Shown one piece after another: positions 1 to 10,703 of a stretch of DNA of 64,000 nt. The position numbers and the translations under genes are program-made. The notes under the pieces were generated by a model, which saw only the letters and a list, made by a program, of their open reading frames with translations, had not been told where the DNA came from and searched no databases. This stretch comes from Macrostomum lignano (lineage: Eukaryota), in assembly GCA_002269645.1 (NCBI GenBank), contig NIVC01000255.1, forward strand, positions 682,001-746,000, given 5' to 3'. Positions within the stretch are counted from its first letter, which is position 1; the number at the start of each line of letters is the position of its first letter.

Positions 1-22
1 TTACGAGTACAATTTCACTCAC

Positions 23-3000
23 GAACTCCTTGGTAGGCCTGGTTGCCAGGCGAGGTGAAGCGAACTTGAACGTACTGATGCTTCACCGAGCTTTCCACGG
101 CCAGATCCGTGATGCGGCCCGGTGGCAGAGTCACTGGCGCTGAGGCCACATTTTCCACGCGAAACTTGCCAGCCGTAGACGTGCGACTTACGGGTGACGT
201 CATCGTGACGGTCACTCCGTAGTCACCCTGCGAGGTCATTTTCTCGGGCAGAACGAGAGCCACGTAAATGCCATCGTTGGCCGTTAGGTCGGCACCTTTT
301 TAAGGATTGCGCCAGTTTCAAACACTCATAGGGGAAGAAAACTCAAGCCCCTTCATCACCCTTCCTGGAACAGAAAAACTTCACTCACCGAGCCCGTCAT
401 CTTTGAGCTGGACAGTGAAAGGAGACCCACTTGACGGCGCCACCATGGCCTCCAGAATGGCGCCCGTCAAAGGCGCGCTGTTGTTGGTCACGTAGGCGTA
501 GATCTTCTGCACGCTGAACTGGTTCACCTGCGGAAAACTGGAGACTCGCAGCCAGGTGTCCAGCAGCACGGTGGAATTGGCGCTACCGGTTCCACCAATC
601 ACGATAAGGCTGCCAGATGATGTACTTCGAGCGCGACGAATCAGGAGCTGATAGGAGTGGTTTTGAAGACTGTTAGACATGTGACTGTTAGAGACGGGGA
701 CTGTTAGAGATGGGACTGTTAGAGATGGGACTGTTAGACAAGGGACTGTTAGACAAGGGACTGTTAGACACAGGACGTTAGACACGGGACTGTTAGACAT
801 GGGACTGTTAGACACGGGCACTGCTAGACACAGGACTGTTAGAGATGGGACTGTTAGACACGGGACTGTTAGAGATGGGACTGTTAGATACGGGACTGTT
901 AGACACTGGACTGTTAGACACGGGGCTGTTAGACACGGGACTGTTAGAGATGGGACTGTTAGATACGGGACTGTTAGACACGGGACTGTTAGACACGGGA
1001 CTGCTAGACACGGGACTGTTAGACACGGGACTGTTAGACACGGAGACTGGTAGACACGGTGACTGTTAGACACGGGACTGTTAGACACGGAGACTGTTAG
1101 ACACGGGACTGTTAAACACGGGACTGTTAGACACGGGGACTGTTAGACACGGGGACTGTTAGACACGGGGACTGTTAGACACGGAGACTGGTAGACACGG
1201 TGACTGTTAGACACGGGACTGTTAAACACGGGACTGTTAGACACGGGGACTGTTAGACACGGGACTGTTAGACACGGAGACTGGTAGACACGGGACTGTT
1301 AGACACGGGACTGTTAGACACGGAGACTGTTATACATGGGACTGTTAAACACGGGACTGTTAGACACGGGGACTGTTAGACACGGGGACTGTTAGACACG
1401 GAGACTGGTAGACACGGGACTGTTAGACACGGGACTGTTAGACACGGAGACTGTTAGACACGGGACTGTTAAACACGGGACTGTTAGACACGAGGACTGT
1501 TAGACACGGGACTGTTAGACACGGAGACTGCTAGACACGGGACTGTTAGACACGGGGACTGTTAGACACGGAGACTGTTAGACACGGGACTGTTAGACAC
1601 GGAGACTGTTAGACATGGGACTGTGTTAGACACCGGACACAGGCAGTTCTCACCAGTTCCTCGGCACTCCGTTTTCTTCTTCCACTAGTGCTGGCTCCTG
1701 TCAGCCACCAGTTCCAGGTCCCCGGCTGCTCATGTATTAAAATATAAAATCTTGAGAATTCTCATCTGAGCTTACGAAAAATTATGGTAATGAGAATTTA
1801 TAAGCTTCACTTACCACAACTTCATGCGGAGGGATCTTGATCACTATGGTGTTGACGGCTGTATCGATTTGGTACACACCGGGGTCGGGACTGAACCTGC
1901 CATAGACAGTCCCTGTAGGACTGGTAGCCGTGAAGTTCACCGTGGACAAAGTCGTACCTGGCAGGGAAATCATGAAGTACAGAATGTCCGTGTCCCCCAC
2001 TGACACGGAGCCGCTTGTGGTTGGCAATGTGATTGCGGACGTTTGAAGCTGCGAAAGTCGGAAGAAAAAATGTCTTTAGCATTCTGAGTCACTTATTCTA
2101 ACTCTTTGTCCTTTTGTGTCACCTAATGGAGGTCTTTGTCTTTTTGAGTCACCTAATGGAGGTCTTTGTCTTTTTGAGTCTCCTAATGGAGGTCTTTGTC
2201 TTTTTAAGTCGCCTAATGGAGGTCTTTGTCCTTTTGAGTCACCTAATGGAGGTCTTTGTCCTTCTGAGTCACCTAATGGAGGTCTTTGTCCTTTTGAGTC
2301 ACCTAATGGAGGTCTTTGTCTTTTTGAGTCACCTAATGGAGGTCTTTGTCCTTTTGAGTCACCTAATGGAGCTCTTTGTTCTTCTGAGTCACTAACTAGA
2401 GGCCGTTATCCTTCTGAGTCTCTCAAAACTCACCAGAACGGCATTCTCGCCGCCTCCAACGCTCCGCTTCACCAGATCTGCAAAGGAGACCTCCAGTTCA
2501 ACATTCGCGGAGTGTTCTCCGACACGAACGTACTGCGCCCGTTGGTCAGGTTAGCTAGACGGGCCATTCTCTCGTCAGCGTATCTGCTGATGCTGATGGT
2601 GTCAAATACAATGCTGGTCTTAGCAGCCTGTTCGATAGCAACAGTCAAGTTCGGGCCTGTGTTGTGCTCGCCGTCCGTGATCAGAACTACGAAACCAGTC
2701 TGCGACTTGGTGTACGGAGCGGTGGCACCGAGGATCTGCGTTTTGATGCGGAGTAGGTCGGGTGCGACTCTTCTGGTCAGTGTTGTCCTCAGGCACTTCA
2801 CGACATTCGCACTGCTGCAGTCCACAGGACTCCCTGCACTCCCTGCACTCCCTGCACTCCCTACATTCCCTACACCCTGCACTCCCTACACTCCCTGTAC
2901 TCCCTACACTCCCTGCACTCCCTACACTCCCTGAACTCCCTACACTCCCTGTACTCCCTACACTCCCTGCACTCCCTGCACTCCCTACATTCCTTACACT

Positions 3001-6000
3001 CCCTACACTCCCTGTACTCCCTGCACTCCCTACATTCCCTACACTCCCTGCACTCCCTACACTCCCTACACTCCCTACACTCCCTGCACTCCCTGCACTC
3101 CCTGTACTCCCTGCACTCCCTGCACTCCCTGCACTCTTTTCAATACTTGCATTCCCTACATTCTAAACTACCAAAACTTGTACATTGTGGGAATCCAGCA
3201 TCATTTGACCCAATTTGAACCATAGAGAACTTATCCCGACAAAAAATTTTGGTCTTACAGACATCGCCTCGTAGATGGCTCCAGAAATATTTGTCGATCC
3301 TCCCGCCGCCAAGCTTTGAATTTTCTTGGCCAGCTGCTCTCTCACTGAGTCATCCGAGACCTTCAGCAGCGTTTGCAGTTCCCGAGCTGTTGCGCTGAAG
3401 CTCACAATTGAAAGTCGGGCACCGGTTTCCAAGAAGTATTTCACATAGATGGTTGCCGAGCGAATCTCGTTCTTTATTCGATCCTGAAATGGGACAGAAA
3501 TGAAGCTTTGTTGCATTGCATTGTTTTGCAGAATTTTACCAAATGCTGGTCATTGCAGAATGGTGTCATTACAAATGCTGGTCATTGGAGATGGTTCATG
3601 TCAATTTGGGTCATGGGAGATGGGTCATTCGCATTTTGTGTCATTCGCATTTTGTGTCATTCGCATTTTGTGTCATTCGCAATTTGGGTCATTCGCAATG
3701 TGTGTCATAGGATATTGGTCATTTACAATGTGGGTCATGAAAGATGAGTCATTGGCAATATGGGTCATGGGAGATGGATCATTGGCAATATGGGTCATAA
3801 GAGATGGGTCATTGGCAATATGGGTCATGGGAGATGGGTCATTGGCAATATGGGTCATGGGAGATGGGTTATTCGCAGTGTGGACCATTTTAAAAAATCG
3901 GTCACTATAGTCATGATGAGTCATATGGGTCATATGGATTCTCAAGGTCACATAGCAGCCAAGGTAAATGTCGGTTATACTTGTACTTTGCCGAAGCAAG
4001 CTCACCATATGATTCATGCTGCCAGACACGTCCAGCACCAGCACGACATCCCTGAATGCGCTCTTTTCCACAAGTAGCACCGTTGGCTGGGTTTCTTGCA
4101 CCGATGCACCAGGTGTGGTTGGCAGAAAATGCGGATGCTTTCGAAGTACTTCACCAGCTGACAGACCGCCGCAGGCTCTGTTGAATGGATTCGGCACTTG
4201 GCTGCTGTGGTGAACTCTCGTGTCGTTGTTGAACGACTTGCTGTCGCAGAACAGACTGACCGGCTGGCTCAGTATGCTGCCCCAATTGTTTCCCGTTGGG
4301 CTGGGTTTCGTGGTGAACTCGCAGATCTCCTGCATTTTAGCCAGCGAAAAGTTCTCAAAGCGTACCAGCTCGCTGAGACAGATGCTGCTGCTGTCTGCAC
4401 CGCTGGAGATGCTGTTGCGCAACCTGTACTGCCCTGGCGTGTTCGAGCTGCAGACGGAGGGCTGGAAAGTGCCGCTACCATCCTGATAGAACTGCACTCC
4501 GCTGACCGACTCTGACAGCAGGCCCCACAGGTAGATGGACAGCTCGCGGAGAAAACTATTGGCAGTTGCTGGAATTAAATCAATAGATGAATCAAGGAAA
4601 GTAAACAGCATTGCTTTCTCTGCTTTTGAGAAAGGGACGGGGGTTGGAGACAGGGACAGACAGGGAGAGGTTGGAGACAGGGACAGACAGACAGGGAGAG
4701 GTTGGAGACAGGGACAGACAGACAGGGAGAGGTTGGAGACACGGACAGACAGACAGGGACAGGTTGGAGACATGGACAGACAGTCAGGGAGAGGTTGGAG
4801 ACATGGGCAGACAGACAGGGAGAGGTTGGAGACATGGACAGACAGACGGGAGAGGTTGGAGACATGGACAGACAGACAGGGACAGGTTGGAGACAAGGAT
4901 AGACAGACAGGGACAGGTTGGAGACGGGGACAGACAGACAGGGAGAGGTTGGAGACAGGGACAGACAGACAGGGACAGGTTGGAGACAAGGATAGACAGA
5001 CAGGGACAGGTTGGAGACAGGGACAGACAGACAGGGAGAGGTCAGAGACAGGGACGGACAGACAGGGAGAGGTCGGGGACAGGGACAGACAGACAGGGGG
5101 AGGTTGGAGACAGGGACAGGGAGACAGGGAGAGGTCGGGGACACGGACAGGCATGTCGGGGACAGGGACAGACAGACAGGCAGAGAGAGGTTGGAGACGG
5201 GGACAGACAGTCAGACAGACAGACAGGGACAGGTTGGAGACAGGGATAGACAGACAGGGAGAGGTTGGAGACAGGGACAGACAGACAGGGAGAGGTTGGA
5301 GACAGGGACAGACAGACAGGGAGAGGTTGGAGACATGGACAGACAGACAGGGAGAGGTTGGAGACATGGGCAGACAGTCAGGGAGAGGTTGGAGACATGG
5401 GCAGACAGTCAGGGAGAGGTTGGAGACATGGGCAGACAGACAGGGAGAGGTTGGAGACATGGGCAGACAGACAGGGAGAGGTTGGAGACAGGGACAGACA
5501 GTCAGGGAGAGGTTGGAGACATGGACAGACAGTCAGGGAGAGGTTGGAGACAGGGACAGACAGACAGGGAGAGGTTGGAGACAGGGACAGACAGGGAGAG
5601 GTCGGGGACAGGGACAGACAGACAGGGAGAGGTTGGAGACAGTGACAGAAAGGGAGAGGTTAGAGACAGGGACAGACAGACAGGGAGAGGTTGGAGACAT
5701 GGGCAGACATACAGGGAGAGGTTGGAGACAGGGACAGACAGGGAGAGGTTGGAGACAGGGACAGACAGACAGGGAGAGGTTGGAGACAGGGACAGACAGG
5801 GAGAGGTTAGAGACAGGGACAGACAGACAGGGAGAGGTTGGAGACAGGGACAGACAGTCAGGGAGAGGTTGGAGACGGGGACAGACAGACAGGGAGAGGT
5901 TGGAGACGGGGACAGACAGACAGGGAGAGGTTGGAGACATGGGCAGACAGTCAGGGAGAGGTTGGAGACATGGGCAGACAGACAGGGAGAGGTTGGAGAC

Positions 6001-8316
6001 GGGGACAGACAGTCAGGGAGAGGTTGGAGACATGGACAGACAGTCAGGGAGAGGTTGGAGACAGGGACAGACAGACAGGGAGAGGTTGGAGACAGGGACA
6101 GACAGGGAGAGGTTGGAGACAGGGCCAGACAGACAGGGAGAGGTTGGAGACAGGGACAGACAGGGAGAGGTTGGAGACAGGGACAGACAGACAGGGAGAG
6201 GTTGGAGACAGGGACAGACAGACAGGGGGAGGTTGGAGACATGGGCAGACATACAGGGAGAGGTTGGAGACAGGGACAGACAGGGAGAGGTTGGAGACAG
6301 GGACAGACAGACAGGGAGAGGTTGGAGACAGGGACAGACAGGGAGAGGTTAGAGACAGGGACAGACAGACAGGGAGAGGTTGGAGACAGGGACAGACAGT
6401 CAGGGAGAGGTTGGAGACGGGGACAGACAGACAGGGAGAGGTTGGAGACAGGGACAGACAGACAGGGGGAGGTTGGAGACAGGGACAGGGAGACAGGGAG
6501 AGGTTGGGGACACGGACAGGCATGTCGGGGACAGGGACAGACAGACAGGCAGAGAGAGGTTGGAGACGGGGACAGACAGACAGGGAGAGGTTGGAGACAT
6601 GGGCAGACAGTCAGGGAGAGGTTGGAGACATGGGCAGACAGACAGGGAGAGGTTGGAGACGGGGACAGACAGACAGGGAGAGGTTGGAGACAGGGACAGA
6701 CAGACAGGGACAGGTTGGAGACAAGGATAGACAGACAGGGACAGGTTGGAGACAGGGACAGACAGACAGGGAGAGGTCAGAGACAGGGACGGACAGACAG
6801 GGAGAGGTCGGGGACAGGGACAGACAGACAGGGGGAGGTTGGAGACAGGGACAGACAGACAGGGGGAGGTTGGAGACAGGGACAGGGAGACAGGGAGAGG
6901 TTGGGGACACGGACAGGCATGTCGGGGACAGGGACAGACAGACAGGCAGAGAGAGGTTGGAGACGGGGACAGACAGTCAGACAGACAGACAGGGACAGGT
7001 TGGAGACAGTCAGACAGACAGACAGGGACAGGTAGGAGACGGGGACAGACAGTCAGACAGACAGACAGGGACAGGTTGGAGACGGGGACAGACAGTCAGA
7101 CAGACAGACAGGGACAGGTTGGAGACGGGGACAGACAGTCAGACAGACAAACAGGGACAGGTTGGAGACGGGGACAGACAGTCAGACAGACAGGGACAGG
7201 TTGGAGACGGGGACAGACAGTCAGACAGACAGGGACAGGTTGGAGAGGGCTCAGGCCCAGTTCGCCTACCCTTCAGCTCTCATATGGAAGCGAGACGCGA
7301 ACTTGTCACTCACCGTTCCTCCGAACCGTGTATTCGGGCATTTTAATCCATTTGTTTGGCCCGTAGCACTCATCGGCCGGGATGGTCTTCACTTTTCCAC
7401 CAGGATTCTCCAGCACGACATCGGCGGAGACCTCGGATTCCCAGGTGGCGGGCATGGACGGGAAGACGCCAGCATTCTTTAGCTCAGCGATTTTACTTGG
7501 CGGAACCAGCAGGCGGACAGTATTAATGGAAATGCGCCGCCCAACAGCCTCGGTTGCTCGGGCCATCTGGTGCGAAACATAGGCTAGATAGCCCTGCGGA
7601 TGGAAGGGGTGAGGTTGGAGGTGAGATGGGGTAAGAGTGGAGGTGACTTGGGGTGAGAGTGGAGGTGAGATGGGGTGAGAGTGGAGGTGAGATGGGGTGA
7701 GAGTGGAGGTGAGATTGGGTGAGAGTGGAGGAGAGATTGGGTGAGAGTGTAGGAGAGATGGGATGAGAGTGGAGGAGAGATGGGGTGATAGTGGATGTGA
7801 GATTAGGTGAGAATGGAGGTGAGATTGGGTGAGAGTGGAGGAGAGATGGGGTGAGAGTGGATGTGAGATTAGGTGAGAGTGGAGGTGAGATTGGGTGAGA
7901 GTGAAGTAGAGATGGGGTGAGAGTAGAGAAGAGATGGGGTGAGAGTGGAGGAGAGATGGGGTGAGAGTGGAGGTGAGATTGGGTGAGAGTAGAGAAGAGA
8001 TGGGGTGAGAGTGCAGGAGAGATGCGGTGAGAGTGGAGGTGAGATGGGGACCGGGGTGAGAGTGGAGGTGAGATGGGATGAGAGTCTGTATGTGGCAGTT
8101 ACCATAGAAAATACGATAACAAATATTTTTTATTCTGAAAATAGCCTGACTCACTTTAAGCGCCTTCATGTTATCAACCGAGGCAAAGTTTTCGTTCTGA
8201 ACTAAAATCAGAATGTTATCAAGCCTGTAATCGGTATTGAGTCGAATATTTGTGGCTGAACAGTGAGAGAACAGCCCCAGAATCAGGAGCCAGCTGACAA
8301 CGTTAATTGCAGCCAT
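23..8316 (-). CDS. CLCA: CLCA-family (calcium-activated chloride channel regulator-like) secreted protein, 9 exons visible, continues off the left edge
   Basis: Exons (minus): 8316-8155, 7593-7314, 4568-4006, 3483-3259, 2735-2434, 2048-1815, 1725-1654, 647-389, 295-23. All junctions are GT-AG and phases join, except for one missing nt in exon 5 near 2505-2515. The protein has a signal peptide (MAAINVVSWLLILGLFSHCSA), a Cys-rich segment (FCDSK...PNPFNRAC), a vWA domain (VLVLDVSGSM...GGSTNI...LITDGE), LKDDGLGADLTANDGIY and an FnIII start (PPGRITDL), in CLCA domain order. Confidence 0.9.
665..1625. repeat. 15/16-bp minisatellite (GGGACTGTTAGACAC) in a CLCA intron
   Basis: Direct reading; fills intron 648-1653. 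Confidence 0.95.
2105..2395. repeat. 30-bp minisatellite (GAGTCACCTAATGGAGGTCTTTGTCYTTTT-like) in a CLCA intron
   Basis: About 9-10 copies; source of ORFs 2114 and 2116. Confidence 0.95.
2828..3135. repeat. 9-bp minisatellite (CTCCCTRCA) in a CLCA intron
   Basis: Direct reading. Confidence 0.95.
3600..3870. repeat. Degenerate GGTCATT-core repeat (up to 30-bp unit) in a CLCA intron
   Basis: GGGTCATTGGCAATATGGGTCATGGGAGAT copies. Confidence 0.85.
4640..7247. repeat. About 31-bp purine-rich minisatellite (GGGAGAGGTTGGAGACAGGGACAGACAGACA) filling CLCA intron 2
   Basis: 2.6-kb array; explains all the GRGWRQGQTD / SPCLSVPV ORFs. Confidence 0.97.
7605..8085. repeat. About 22-bp minisatellite (GGGTGAGAGTGGAGGTGAGATG) in CLCA intron 1
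   Basis: Direct reading. Confidence 0.93.
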
Positions 8317-8857
8317 GAAAACACGGGCCCTGCAGTGAATTAGGGTTCTCAAATTTGCCAAGCCAGGCTCCTATAGATCCAATGTGTTTAGGTTAAGTAG
8401 ATGAATAATTTTTCTGGCATCAAGGATAGCTATAAAATAAATCTAAATATAGTAGCGCAGGGTGAGTCATATTGCTGCCTTGTAAAAAGGGACTTCAGTG
8501 TGCCCCATTACGATTCAGGATTTTAATTAATATTAGCGATATTCAAAATATATACTTTATTATACTCGTAAGTGCAGAAGCACTTGTACAGAAAACGGGC
8601 CAAACTGAATGCATACGAGTATTGTCTATTCAACTCAGGACAAAAAGACAGCGAGTAAGGGGCTGCGGAGTTGAGCTTGGCTGAGAGTCTGTCAGACACA
8701 AGGATGCCAGATGCAGTGTGATAGCGGGTAGCCCAGACAGTTTTATAGAAATATGCAGTGCGGTGGGGGGGGGGGGGCTTGGCGTGGCTGGCAGGCAGAT
8801 CTTGCAACCGAAATATAAGTTCATTTTTAGCTAATAAACGTAAGGACGGGAGACGGT

Positions 8858-8944
<87 letters not shown>

Positions 8945-9678
8945 GAGAGGGAGAGAAGGGAGAGGGAGAGAAGGGAGAGGAAGAGAAGGGAGAGGGAAGA
9001 GGTGAGAGGGAGAGAAGGGAGAGGGAGAGAAGGGAGAGGGAGAGAAGGGAGAGGGAGAGAAGGGAGAGGGAGAGAAGGGAGAGGGAGAGAAGGGAGAGGG
9101 AGAGAAGGGAGAGGGAGAGAAGGGAGAGGGAGAGAAGGGAGAGGGAGGAGGTGAGAGGGAGAGACTGGAGAGGAGAGAAGGGAGAGGGAGGAGGTGAGAG
9201 GGAGAGAAGGGAGAGGGAAGAGGTGAGAGGGAGAGAAGTGAGAGGGAGAGAAGGGAGAGGAGAGAAGGGAGAGGGAGGAGGTGAGAGGGAGAGACTGGAG
9301 AGGAGAGAAGGGAGAGGGAGGAGGTGAGAGGGAGAGAAGGGAGAGGGAGAGAAGGGAGAGGGAGGAGGTGAGAGGGAGAGACTGGAGAGGAGAGAAGGGA
9401 GAGGGAGGAGGTGAGAGGGAGAGAAGGGAGAGCGAGAGAAGGGAGAGGGAGGAGGTGAGAGGGAGAGAAGGGAGAGCGAGAGAAGGGAGAGGGAGGAGGT
9501 GAGAGGGAGAGACTGGAGAGGAGAGAAGAGAGAGGGAGGAGGTGATAGGGAGAGAAGGGAGAGGGAGAGACGGGAGAGGAGAGAAGGGAGAGGGAGGAGG
9601 TGAGAGGGAGAGAAGGGAGAGGGAGAGACGGGAGAGGAGAGAAGGGAGAGGGAGGAGGTGAGAGGGAGAGAAGGGAGA
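8858..9678. repeat. (GA)n microsatellite grading into a 15-bp polypurine minisatellite
   Basis: (GA)n to about 8940, then GGGAGAGAAGGGAGA units; almost purely purine on the plus strand. Confidence 0.97.
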
Positions 9679-10089
9679 GTTGTTACGGCAGAAGCGAGAA
9701 TTCTTAACTAATGGCAACTGGCAGCATATTTAGCTTCAGCCATAAAGGACATTGCGGTCTGCCATTGGTGAACCTACGAGTACTATCAGACAGGCACAGA
9801 TAAGTCAAGAAAACAGACGGGTTCAACCCCGAAAAAAATTAGACCGGAAGCCATAGCCAATTAGGAAGACTTTAAGCTGCGTACCCGTTGCTAAATCCCT
9901 TGGCCCGTAGTGCGAAATTGCGCACGAAAGATCATAAAATGTATCTTAAACCGAAAGGCTGTAAAGAAGCTATAAGTGAAGTGAACCGCCCAAATGTTTT
10001 TATGGCGCTGGGCCAATGTGATATACCAATCAATATGATCAGCTCAGTTGATGAAAAATGTCGATTTGAAAATTTGCTAATTTCACTGA

Positions 10090-10405
10090 CATTACCGTCA
10101 AGGTCACTGATTTCAGCCTCAAGGTCAGTGATTTGAGGGTCAAGGGGACTGATTTTTGGGTCAATATCACTCATTTGAGGGTAAATGTCACTGATTTGAG
10201 GGTCAATGTCAACTGATTTGAGGGTCAATATCACTGATTTGAGGGTAAATGTCACTGATTTGAGGGTAAATATCACTGATTTGAGGGTCAATGTCAACTG
10301 ATTTGAGGGTCAATGTCGCTGATTTGAGGGTCAAGGTCACTTCTTTCAGCCCCAAGGTCACTGATTTAAGTGTTAAGGTCACAGATTTCAGCCTCAAGGT
10401 CACTG
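10090..10405. repeat. 21-bp minisatellite (TCACTGATTTGAGGGTCAATG)
   Basis: Direct reading. Confidence 0.9.
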
Positions 10406-10703
10406 ATGAGAGACTTATGTCAGTGACTTGAGCGCTGCTTTGATCACTGTCTGAACAGACTGAATTAAATTAAATTCACACTCAGACAAGAACTCTTTTG
10501 CCTCTTTGCTAGCTGAAAATTCTTACGAAGTTTCTGCACCGTGGCAACCAATGGCAGTGAACTTAGCTGCTCCATCTGTTCCCAGCTTCCTTCGAGAGCA
10601 TAAGATCACTTCCCCCCACCCATGGTAACCGCAGCTGAAGCAGAGAGGCTGAAAATCTTCAAGTTTTTTATCAACAGAAAATTGAGTTGAACAGCAGTTC
10701 AGA

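Noticed and set aside
3673-7366. Very long ORFs (500-670 aa; GRGWRQGQTD / SPCLSVPV)
   Set aside because: Stop-free readings of a 31-bp minisatellite in CLCA intron 2, open in several frames on both strands.
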